A DNA stretch of 64,000 nucleotides from the human T2T-CHM13v2.0 reference genome, Homo sapiens. The stretch lies in assembly GCF_009914755.1 (NCBI RefSeq), contig NC_060933.1; one strand, given 5' to 3'. This document shows, piece after piece, positions 12,001 to 24,000 of the stretch. The translations under genes and the position numbers were made by a program. Position 1 is the stretch's first letter. The number at the start of each line of letters is the position of its first letter. Below the pieces are notes generated by a model that did not search any database, was not told the DNA's origin, and saw nothing but the letters and a program-made list of their open reading frames with translations.

Positions 12001-15000
12001 TCACAGAACTGAACATTCCCTTTCATAGAGCAGGTTTGAAACACTCTTTCTGTAGTATCTGCAAGCGGACGTTTGAAGCGCTTTCAGGCCTGTGGTGAAA
12101 AAGGAAGTATCTTCAAATGAAAACTAGACAGAAGCATTCTCAGAAACTTATTTGCGATGTGTGTTCTCAACTAAAAGAGTTGAACCTTTGTTTGGATACA
12201 ACATTTTGGAAACACTCTTTTTGTGGAATCTGCAAGTGGATATTTGGATAGCTTTGAAGGTTTCGTTGGAAACGGGAATATCTTCATATAAAATCAAGAC
12301 AGAAGCATTCTCAGAAACTTCTCTGTGATGTTTGTATTCAACTCATAGAGTTGAACACTTCCCTTCATACAGCAGGTTTGAAACACTCTTTTTGTAATAT
12401 TTGGAAGTGGACATTTGCAGCACTTTGAGGCCTATGATGAAAAAGGAAATATCTTCCCATAAAAACTAGACAGAAGCATTCTCAGAAACTTGTTTGTGAT
12501 GTGTGTATTCAACTAACAGAGATGAACCTTTCTTTTTACAGAGCAGTTTTGAAACACTCTTTTTGTGGAATCTGAAAGTGGATATTTGGATAGCTTTGAG
12601 GATTTCGTTGGAAACGGGATTACATATAAAATCTAGAGAGAAGCATTCTCAGGAACTTCTTTGTTATGTTTGCATTCACGTCACAGAACTGAACATTCCC
12701 TTTCATAGAGCATGTTTGAAACACTCTTTCTGTAGTATCTGCAAACGGACATTTCAAACGCTTTCAGGCCTATGGTGAGAAAGGAAATATCTTCAAATAA
12801 AAACTAGACAGAAGCATTCTCAGAAACTTATTTGCGATGTGTGTCCTCAACTAACAGAGTTGAACCTTTCTTTTGATACAACATTTTGGAACCACTCTTT
12901 TTGTAGAATCTGCAAGTGGATATTTGGATAGCTTTGAAGGTTTCGTTGGAAACGGGAATATCTTCATATAAAATCAAGACAGAAGCATTCTCAGAAACTT
13001 CTCTGTGATGTTTGTATTCAACTCATAGAGTTGAACACTTCCCTTCATACAGCAGGTTTGAAACACTCTTTTTGTAATATTTGGAAGTGGACATTTGCAG
13101 CACTTTGAGGCCTATGATGAAAAAGGAAATATCTTCCCATAAAAACTAGACAGAAGCATTCTCAGAAACTTGTTTGTGATGTGTGTATTCAACTAACAGA
13201 GATGAACCTTTCTTTTTACAGAGCAGTTTTGAAACACTCTTTTTGTGGAATCTGAAAGTGGATATTTGGATAGCTTTGAGGATTTCGTTGGAAACGGGAT
13301 TACATATAAAATCTAGAGAGAAGCATTCTCAGGAACTTCTTTGTTATGTTTGCATTCACGTCACAGAACTGAACATTCCCTTTCATAGAGCATGTTTGAA
13401 ACACTCTTTCTGTAGTATCTGCAAACGGACATTTCAAACGCTTTCAGGCCTATGGTGAGAAAGGAAATATCTTCAAATAAAAACTAGACAGAAGCATTCT
13501 CAGAAACTTATTTGCGATGTGTGTCCTCAACTAACAGAGTTGAACCTTTCTTTTGATACAACATTTTGGAACCACTCTTTTTGTAGAATCTGCAAGTGGA
13601 TATTTGGATAGCTTTGAAGGTTTCGTTGGAAACGGGAATATCTTCATATAAAATCAAGACAGAAGCATTCTCAGAAACTTCTCTGTGATGTTTGTATTCA
13701 ACTCATAGAGTTGAACACTTCCCTTCATACAGCAGGTTTGAAACACTCTTTTTGTAATATTTGGAAGTGGACATTTGCAGCACTTTGAGGCCTATGATGA
13801 AAAAGGAAATATCTTCCCATAAAAACTAGACAGAAGCATTCTCAGAAACTTGTTTGTGATGTGTGTATTCAACTAACAGAGATGAACCTTTCTTTTTACA
13901 GAGCAGTTTTGAAACACTCTTTTTGTGGAATCTGAAAGTGGATATTTGGATAGCTTTGCGGATTTCGTTGGAAACGGGATTACATATAAAATCTAGGGAG
14001 AAGCATTCTCAGGAACTTCTTTGTGATGTTTGCGTTCAAGTCACAGAACTGAACATTCCCTTTCATAGAGCAGGTTTGAAACACTCTTTCTGTAGTATCT
14101 GCAAGCGGACGTTTCAAGCGCTTTCAGGCCTGTGGTGAAAAAGGAAATATCTTCAAATAAAAACTAGACAGAAGCATTCTCAGAAACTTATTTGCGATGT
14201 GTGTTCTCAACTAAAAGAGTTGAACCTTTGTTTGGATACAGCACTTAGGAAACACTCTTTTTGTAGAATCTGCAAGTGGATATTTGGATAGCTTTGAAGG
14301 TTTCGTTGGAAACGGGAATATCTTCATATAAAATCAAGACAGAAGCATTCTCAGAAACTTCTCTGTGATGTTTGCATTCAACTCATAGAGTTGAACACTT
14401 CCCTTCATACAGCAGGTTTGAAACACTCTTTTTCTAATATTTGGAAGTGGACATTTGCAGCGCTTTGAGGCCTATGTTGAAAAAGGAAATATCTTCTCCT
14501 AAAAACCAGACAGAAGCATTCTCAGAAACTTCCTTGTGATGTGTGTACTCAAGTAACAGAGTTGAACCTTCCTTTTGACAGAGCAGTTTTGAAGCACTCT
14601 TTTTGTAGAATCTGCAAGTGGATATTTTGATACCTTTGAGGATTTCGTTGGACACGGGATATCTTCATATAAAATCTAGACAGAAGCATTCTCAGAAACT
14701 TCTTTGTGCTGTATGTCCTCAATTAACAGAGTTGAACCTTTGTGTGGATACAGCATTTTGGAAACATTCCTTTAGTAGAATCTGCAAGTTGATATTCAGA
14801 TAGCTAGGAAGATTTCCTTGGAAACGGGAATATCTTCATATAAAATCTAGACGGAAGCATTCTCAGAAAGTGCTTTGTGATGTTTGCATTCAAGTCACAG
14901 AGTTGAATATTCCCTTTAATAGAGCAGGTTTGAAACACTGTTTCTGCACTACCTGGAAGTGGACATTTGGAGCGCTTTGAGGCCTATGTTGAAAAAGGAA

Positions 15001-18000
15001 ATATCTTCCCATAAAAACTAGACAGAAGCATTCTCAGAAACTTGTTTGTGATGTGTGTATTCAACTAACAGAGATGAACCTTTCTTTTTACAGAGCAGTT
15101 TTGAAACACTATTTTGTGGAATCTGAAAGTGGATATTTGGATAGCTTTGAGGATTTCGTTGGAAACGGGATTACATATAAAACCTAGAGAGAAGCATTCT
15201 CAGGAACTTCTTTGTGATGTTTGCATTCAAGTCACAGAACTGAACATTCCCTTTCATAGAGCAGGTTTGAAACACTCTTTCTGTAGTATCTGCAAGCTGA
15301 CGTTTCAAGCGCTTTCAGGCCTATGGTGAGAAAGGAAATATCTTCAAGTAAAAACTAGACAGAAGCATTCTCAGAAACTTATTTGCCATGTGTGTTCTCA
15401 ACTAACAGAGTTGAACCTTTGTTTTGATGCGGCATTTTGGAAACACTCTTTTTGTAGAATCTGCAGGTGGATATTCGGATAGCTTTGAAGGTTTCGTTGG
15501 AAACTGGAATATCTTCATATAAAATCTAGACGGAAGCATTCTCAGAAACTGCTTTGTGATGTTTTCATTCAAGTCACAGAGTAGAATGTTCCCTGTTATA
15601 TACCAGGTTTGAGACACTCTTTCTGCACTACCTGGAAGTGGACGTTTGGAGCGCTTTGAGGCCTTTGTTGAAAAAGGAAATATCTTCCCATAAAAACTAG
15701 ACAGAAGCATTCTCAGAAACTTCTTTCTGATGTGTGTATTCAACTAACAGAGATGAACCTTTCTTTTTACAGAGCAGTTTTGAAACACTCTTTTTGTGGA
15801 ATCTGAAAGTGGATATTTGGATAGCTTTGAGGATTTCGTTGGAAACGGGATTACATATAAAATCTAGAGAGAAGCATTCTCAGGAACTTCTTTGTGATGT
15901 TTGCATTCACGTCACAGAACTGAACATTCCCTTTCATAGAGCATGTTTGAAACACTCTTTCTGTAGTATCTGCAAACGGACATTTCAAACGCTTTCAGGC
16001 CTATGGTGAGAAAGGAAATATCTTCAAATAAAAACTAGACAGAAGCATTCTCAGAAACTTATTTGCGATGTGTGTCCTCAACTAACAGAGTTGAACCTTT
16101 CTTTTGATACAACATTTTGGAACCACTCTTTTTCTAGAATCTGCAAGTGGATATTTGGATAGTTTTGAAGGTTTCGTTGGAAACGGGAATATCTTCATAT
16201 AAAATCAAGACAGAAGCATTCTCAGAAACTTCTCTGTGATGTTTGCATTCAACTCATAGAGTTGAACACTTCCCTTCATACAGCAGGTTTGAAACACTCT
16301 TTTTGTAATATTTGGAAGTGGACATTTGCAGCGCTTTGAGGCCTATGATGAAAAAGGAAATATCTTCCCATAAAAACTAGACAGAAGCATTCTCAGAAAC
16401 TTGTTTGTGATGTGTGTATTCAACTAACAGAGATGAACCTTTCTTTTTACAGAGCAGTTTTGAAACACTCTTTTTGTGGAATCTGAAAGTGGATATTTGG
16501 ATAGCTTTGCGGATTTCGTTGGAAACGGGATTACATATAAAATCTAGGGAGAAGCATTCTCAGGAACTTCTTTGTGATGTTTGCGTTCAAGTCACAGAAC
16601 TGAACATTCCCTTTCATAGAGCAGGTTTGAAACACTCTTTCTGTAGTATCTGCAAGCGGACGTTTGAAGCGCTTTCAGGCCTGTGGTGAAAAAGGAAATA
16701 TCTTCAAATAAAAACTAGACAGAAGCATTCTCAGAAACTTATTTGCGATGTGTGTTCCCAACTAAAAGAGTTGAACCTTTGTTTGGATACAGCACTTTGG
16801 AAACACTCTTTTTGTAGAATCTGCAAGTGGATATTTGGATAGCTTTGAAGGTTTCGTTGGAAACGGGAATATCTTCATATAAAATCAAGACAGAAGCATT
16901 CTCAGAAACTTCTCTGTGATGTTTGCATTCAACTCAAAGAGTTGAACACTTCCCTTCATACAGCAGGTTTGAAATACTCTTTTTCTAATATTTGGAAGTG
17001 GACATTTGCAGCGCTTTGAGGCCTATGTTGAAAAAGGAAATATCTTCTCCTAAAAACCAGACAGAAGCATTCTCAGAAACTTCCTTGTGATGTGTGTACT
17101 CAAGTAACAGAGTTGAACCTTCCTTTTGACAGAGCAGTTTTGAAGCACTCTTTTTGTAGAATCTGCAAGTGGATATTTTGATACCTTTGAGGATTTCGTT
17201 GGACACGGGATATCTTCATATAAAATCTAGACAGAAGCATTCTCAGAAACTTCTTAGTGCTGTATGTCCTCAATTAACAGAGTTGAACCTTTGTGTGGAT
17301 ACAGCATTTTGGAAACATTCCTTTAGTAGAATCTGCAAGTTGATATTTAGATAGCTAGGAAGATTTCCTTGGAAACGGGAATATCTTCATATAAAATCTA
17401 GACGGAAGCATTCTCAGAAAGTGCTTTGTGATGTTTGCATTCAAGTCACAGAGTTGAATATTCCCTTTAATAGAGCAGGTTTGAAACACTCTTTCTGCAC
17501 TACCTGGAAGTGGACATTTGGAGCGCTTTGAGGCCTATGTTGAAAAAGGAAATATCTTCCCATAAAAACTAGACAGAAGCATTCTCAGAAACTTGTTTGT
17601 GATGTGTGTATTCAACTAACAGAGATGAACCTTTCTTTTTACAGAGGAGTTTTGAAACACTCTTTTTGTGGAATCTGAAAGTGGATATTTGGATAGCTTT
17701 GAGGATTTCGTTGGAAACGGGATTACATATAAAACCTAGAGAGAAGCATTCTCGGGAACTTCTTTGTGATGTTTGCATTCAAGTCACAGAACTGAACATT
17801 CCCTTTCATAGAGCAGGTTTGAAACACTCTTTCTGTAGTATCTGCAAGCTGACGTTTCAAGCGCTTTCAGGCCTATGGTGAGAAAGGAAATATCTTCAAG
17901 TAAAAACTAGACAGAAGCATTCTCAGAAACTTATTTGCCATGTGTGTTCTCAACTAACAGAGTTGAACCTTTGTTTTGATGCGGCATTTTGGAAACACTC

Positions 18001-21000
18001 TTTTTGTAGAATCTGCAGGTGTATATTTGGATAGCTTTGAAGGTTTCGTTGGAAACGGGAATATCTTCATATAAAATCTAGACGGAAGCATTCTCAGAAA
18101 CTGCTTTGTGATGTTTTCATTCAAGTCACAGAGTAGAATGTTCCCTGTTATATACCAGGTTTGAGACACTCTTTCTGCACTACCTGGAAGTGGACGTTTG
18201 GAGCGCTTTGAGGCCTTTGATGAAAAAGGAAATATCTTCCCATAAAAACTAGACAGAAGCATTCTCAGAAACTTGTTTGTGATGTGTGTATTCAACTAAC
18301 AGAGATGAACCTTTCTTTTTACAGAGCAGTTTTGAAACACTCTTTTTGTGGAATCTGAAAGTGGATATTTGGATAGCTTTGAGGATTTCGTTGGAAACGG
18401 GATTACATATAAAATCTAGAGAGAAGCATTCTCAGGAACTTCTTTGTGATGTTTGCATTCACGTCACAGAACTGAACATTCCCTTTCATAGAGCATGTTT
18501 GAAACACTCTTTCTGTAGTATCTGCAAACGGACATTTCAAACGCTTTCAGGCCTTTGGTGAGAAAGGAAATATCTTCAAATAAAAACTAGACAGAAGCAT
18601 TCTCAGAAACTTATTTGTGATGTGTGTCCTCAACTAACAGAGTTGAACCTTTCTTTTGATACAACATTTTGGAACCACTCTTTTTGTAGAATCTGCAAGT
18701 GGATATTTGGATAGCTTTGAAGGTTTCGTTGGAAACGGGAATATCTTCATATAAAATCAAGACAGAAGCATTCTCAGAAACTTCTCTGTGATGTTTGCAT
18801 TCAACTCATAGAGTTGAACACTTCCCTTCATACAGCAGGTTTGAAACACTCTTTTTGTAATATTTGGAAGTGGACATTTGCAGCGCTTTGAGGCCTATGA
18901 TGAAAAAGGAAATATCTTCCCATAAAAACTAGACAGAAGCATTCTCAGAAACTTGTTTGTGATGTGTGTATTCAACTAACAGAGATGAACCTTTCTTTTT
19001 ACAGAGCAGTTTTGAAACACTCTTTTTGTGGAATCTGAAAGTGGATATTTGGATAGCTTTGCGGATTTCGTTGGAAACTGGATTACATATAAAATCTAGG
19101 GAGAAGCATTCTCAGGAACTTCTTTGTGATGTTTGCGTTCAAGTCACAGAACTGAACATTCCCTTTCATAGAGCAGGTTTGAAACACTCTTTCTGTAGTA
19201 TCTGCAAGCGGACGTTTGAAGCGCTTTCAGGCCTGTGGTGAAAAAGGAAATATCTTCAAATAAAAACTAGACAGAAGCATTCTCAGAAACTTATTTGCGA
19301 TGTGTGTTCTCAACTAAAAGAGTTGAACCTTTGTTTGGATACAGCATTTTGGAAACACTCTTTTTGTAGAATCTGCAAGTGGATATTTGGATAGCTTTGA
19401 AGGTTTCGTTGGAAACGGGAATATCTTCATATAAAATCAAGACAGAAGCATTCTCAGAAACTTCTCTGTGATGTTTGCATTCAACTCATAGAGTTGAACA
19501 CTTCCCTTCATACAGCAGGTTTGAAACACTCTTTTTCTAATATTTGGAAGTGGACATTTGCAGCGCTTTGAGGCCTATGTTGAAAAAGGAAATATCTTCT
19601 CCTAAAAACCAGACAGAAGCATTGTCAGAAACTTCCTTGTGATGTGTGTACTCAAGTTACAGAGTTGAACCTTCCTTTTGACAGAGCAGTTTTGAAGCAC
19701 TCTTTTTGTAGAATCTGCAAGTGGATATTTTGATACCTTTGAGGATTTCGTTGGACACGGGATATCTTCATATAAAATCTAGACAGAAGGATTCTCAGAA
19801 ACTTCTTTGTGCTGTATGTCCTCAATTAACAGAGTTGAACCTTTGTGTGGATACAGCATTTTGGAAACATTCCTTTAGTAGAATCTGCAAGTTGATATTT
19901 AGATAGCTAGGAAGATTTCCTTGGAAACGGGAATATCTTCATATAAAATCTAGACGGAAGCATTCTCAGAAAGTGCTTTGTGATGTTTGCATTCAAGTCA
20001 CAGAGTTGAATATTCCCTTTTATAGAGCAGGTTTGAAACACTCTTTCTGCACTATCTGGAAGTGGACATTTGGAGCGCTTTGAGGCCTATGTTGAAAAAG
20101 GAAATATCTTCCCATAGAAAATAGACAGAAGCATTCTCAGAAACTTGTTTGTGATGTGTGTATTCAACTAACAGAGATGAACCTTTCTTTTTACAGAGCA
20201 GTTTTGAAACACTCTTTTTGTGGAATCTGAAAGTGGATATTTGGATAGCTTTGAGGATTTCGTTGGAAACGGGATTACATATAAAACCTAGAGAGAAGCA
20301 TTCTCAGGAACTTCTTTGTGATGTTTGCATTCAAGTCACAGAACTGAACATTCCCTTTCATAGAGCAGGTTTGAAACACTCTTTCTGTAGTATCTGCAAG
20401 CTGACGTTTCAAGCGCTTTCAGGCCTATGGTGAGAAAGGAAATATCTTCAAGTAAAAACTAGACAGAAGCATTCTCAGAAACTTATTTGCCATGTGTGTT
20501 CTCAACTAACAGAGTTGAACCTTTGTTTTGATACGGCATTTTGGAAACACTCTTTTTGTAGAATCTGCAGGTGGATATTCGGATAGCTTTGAAGGTTTCG
20601 TTGGAAACGGGAATATCTTCATATAAAATCTAGACGGAAGCATTCTCAGAAACTGCTTTGTGATGTTTTCATTCAAGTCACAGAGTAGAATGTTCCCTGT
20701 TATATACCAGGTTTGAGACACTCTTTCTGCACTACCTGGAAGTGGACGTTTGGAGCGCTTTGAGGCCTATGTTGAAAAAGGAAATATCTTCCCATAAAAA
20801 CTAGACAGAAGCATTCTCAGAAACTTGTTTGTGATGTGTGTATTCAACTAACAGAGATGAACCTTTCTTTTTACAGAGCAGTTTTGAAACACTCTTTTTG
20901 TGGAATCTGAAAGTGGATATTTGGATAGCTTGGAGGATTTCGTTGGAAACGGGATTACATATAAAACCTAGAGAGAAGCATTCTCAGGAACTTCTTTGTG

Positions 21001-21081
21001 ATGTTTGCATTCAAGTCACAGAACTGAACATTCCCTTTCATAGAGCAGGTTTGAAACACTCTTTCTGTAGTATCTGCAAGC
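3423..21081 (+). repeat. Tandem duplication with period 9015 bp (53 monomers): 3423-12066 and 12438-21081
   Basis: ORF pairs offset by exactly 9015 (3488/12503, 6099/15114, 8591/17606, 11823/20838). Shared private variants: 'gcacttagga', 'acactatttt', 'cagaggag', 'ctcggg', 'aaactgga', 'gcttggag'. Confidence 0.95.
6014..11116 (+). repeat. Two tandem 15-monomer HOR copies (a+b+7-mer, ~2552 bp each); repeated at ~15028-20131
   Basis: ORF pairs 6719/9271, 7399/9951 and 8591/11143 are each 2552 bp apart. Confidence 0.9.
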
Positions 21082-24000
21082 TGACGTTTCAAGCGCTTTC
21101 AGGCCTATGGTGAGAAAGGAAATATCTTCAAGTAAAAACTAGACAGAAGCATTCTCAGAAACTTATTTGCCATGTGTGTTCTCAACTAACAGAGTTGAAC
21201 CTTTGTTTTGATACGGCATTTTGGAAACACTCTTTTTGTAGAATCTGCAGGTGGATATTCGGATACCTTTGAAGGTTTCGTTGGAAACGGGAATATCTTC
21301 ATATAAAATCTAGACGGAAGCATTCTCAGAAACTGCTTTGTGATGTTTTCATTCAAGTCACAGAGTAGAATGTTCCCTTTTATATACCAGGTTTGAGACA
21401 CTCTTTCTGCACTATCTGGAAGTGGACATTTGGAGCGCTTTGAGGCCTATGATGAAAAAGGAAATATCTTCCCATAAAAACTAGACAGAAGCATTCTCAG
21501 AAACTTGTTTGTGATGTGTGTATTCAACTAACAGAGATGAACCTTTCTTTTTACAGAGCAGTTTTGAAACACTCTTTTTCTGGAATCTGAAAGTGGATAT
21601 TTGGATAGCTTTGAGGATTTCGTTGGAAACGGGATTACATATAAAATCTAGAGAGAAGCATTCTCAGGAACTTCTTTGTGATGTTTGCATTCAAGTCACA
21701 GAACTGAACATTCCCTTTCATAGAGCATGTTTGAAACACTCTTTCTGTAGTATCTGCAAGCGGACGTTTGAAGCGGTTTCAGGCCTGTGGTGAAAAAGGA
21801 AGTATCTTCAAATGAAAACTAGACAGAAGCATTCTCAGAAACTTATTTGCGATGTGTGTTCTCAACTAAAAGAGTTGAACCTTTGTTTGGATACAACATT
21901 TTGGAAACACTCTTTTTGTGGAATCTGCAAGTGGATATTTGGATAGCTTTGAAGGTTTCGTTGGAAACGGGAATACCTTCATATAAAATCAAGACAGAAG
22001 CATTCTCAGAAACTTCTCTGTGATGTTTGCATTCAACTCATAGAGTTGAACACTTCCCTTCATACAGCAGGTTTGAAACACTCTTTTTCTAATATTTGGA
22101 AGTGGACATTTGCAGCGCTTTGAGGCCTATGTTGAAAAAGGAAATATCTTCTCCTAAAAACCAGACAGAAGCATTCTCAGAATCTTCCTTGTGATGTGTG
22201 TACTCAAGTAACAGAGTTGAGCCTTCCTTTTGACAGAGCAGTATTGAAGCACTCTTTTTGTAGAATCTGCAAGTGGATATTTTGATACCTTTGAGGATTT
22301 CGTTGGACATGGGATATCTTCATATAAAATCTAGACAGAAGCATTCTCAGAAACTTCTTTGTGCTGTATGTCCTCAATTAACAGAGTTGAACCTTTGTGT
22401 GGATACAGCATTTTGGAAACATTCCTTTAGTAGAATCTGCAAGTTGATATTTAGATAGCTAGGAAGATTTCCTTGGAAACGGGAATATCTTCATATAAAA
22501 TCTAGACGGAAGCATTCTCAGAAAGTGCTTTGTGATGTTTGCATTCAAGTCACAGAGTTGAATATTCCCTTTTATAGAGCAGGTTTGAAACACTCTTTCT
22601 GCACTACCTGGAAGTGGACATTTGGAGCGCTTTGAGGCCTATGTTGAAAAAGGAAATATCTTCCCATAAAAACTAGACAGAAGCATTCTCAGAAACTTGT
22701 TTGTGATGTGTGTATTCAACTAACAGAAATGAACCTTTCTTTTTACAGAGCAGTTTTGAAACACTCTTTTTGTGGAATCTGAAAGTGGATATTTGGATAG
22801 CTTTGAGGATTTCGTTGGAAACGGGATTACATATAAAACCTAGAGAGAAGCATTCTCAGGAACTTCTTTGTGATGTTTGCATTCAAGTCACAGAACTGAA
22901 CATTCCCTTTCATAGAGCAGGTTTGAAACACTCTTTCTGTAGTATCTGCAAGCTGACGTTTCAAGCGCTTTCAGGCCTATGGTGAGAAAGGAAATATCTT
23001 CAAGTAAAAACTAGACAGAAGCATTCTCAGAAACTTATTTGCCATGTGTGTTCTCAACTAACAGAGTTGAACCTTTGTTTTGATACGGCATTTTGGAAAC
23101 ACTCTTTTTGTAGAATCTGCAGGTGTATATTTGGATAGCTTTGAAGGTTTCGTTGGAAACGGGAATATCTTCATATAAAATCTAGACGGAAGCATTCTCA
23201 GAAACTGCTTTGTGATGTTTTCATTCAAGTCACAGAGTAGAATGTTCCCTGTTATATACCAGGTTTGAGACACTCTTTCTGCACTACCTGGAATTGGACA
23301 TTTGGAGCGCTTTGAGGCCTATGATGAAAAAGGAAATATCTTCCCATAAAAACTAGACAGAAGCATTCTCAGAAACTTGTTTGTGATGTGTGTATTCAAC
23401 TAACAGAGATGAACCTTTCTTTTTACAGAGCAGTTTTGAAACACTCTTTTTGTGGAATCTGAAAGAGGATATTTGGATAGATTTGAGGATTTCGTTGGAA
23501 ACGGGATTACATATAAAATCTAGAGAGAAGAATTCTCAGGAACTTCTTTGTGATGTTTGCATTCACGTCACAGAACTGAACATTCCCTTTCATAGAGCAT
23601 GTTTGAAACACTCTTTCTGTAGTATCTGCAAACGGACATTTCAAACGCTTTCAGGCCCATGGTGAGAAAGGAAATATCTTCAAATAAAAACTAGACAGAA
23701 GCATTCTCAGAAACTTATTTGCGATGTGTGTCCTCAACTAACAGAGTTGAACCTTTCTTTTGATACAACATTTTGGAAACACTCTTTTTGTAGAATCTGC
23801 AAGTGGATATTTGGATAGCTTTGAAGGTTTCGTTGGAAACGGGAATATCTTCATATAAAATCAAGACAGAAGCATTCTCAGAAACTTCTCTGTGATGTTT
23901 GCATTCAACTCATAGAGTTGAACACTTCCCTTCATACAGCAGGTTTGAAACACTCTTTTTGTAATATTTGGAAGTGGACATTTGCAGCGCTTTGAGACCT

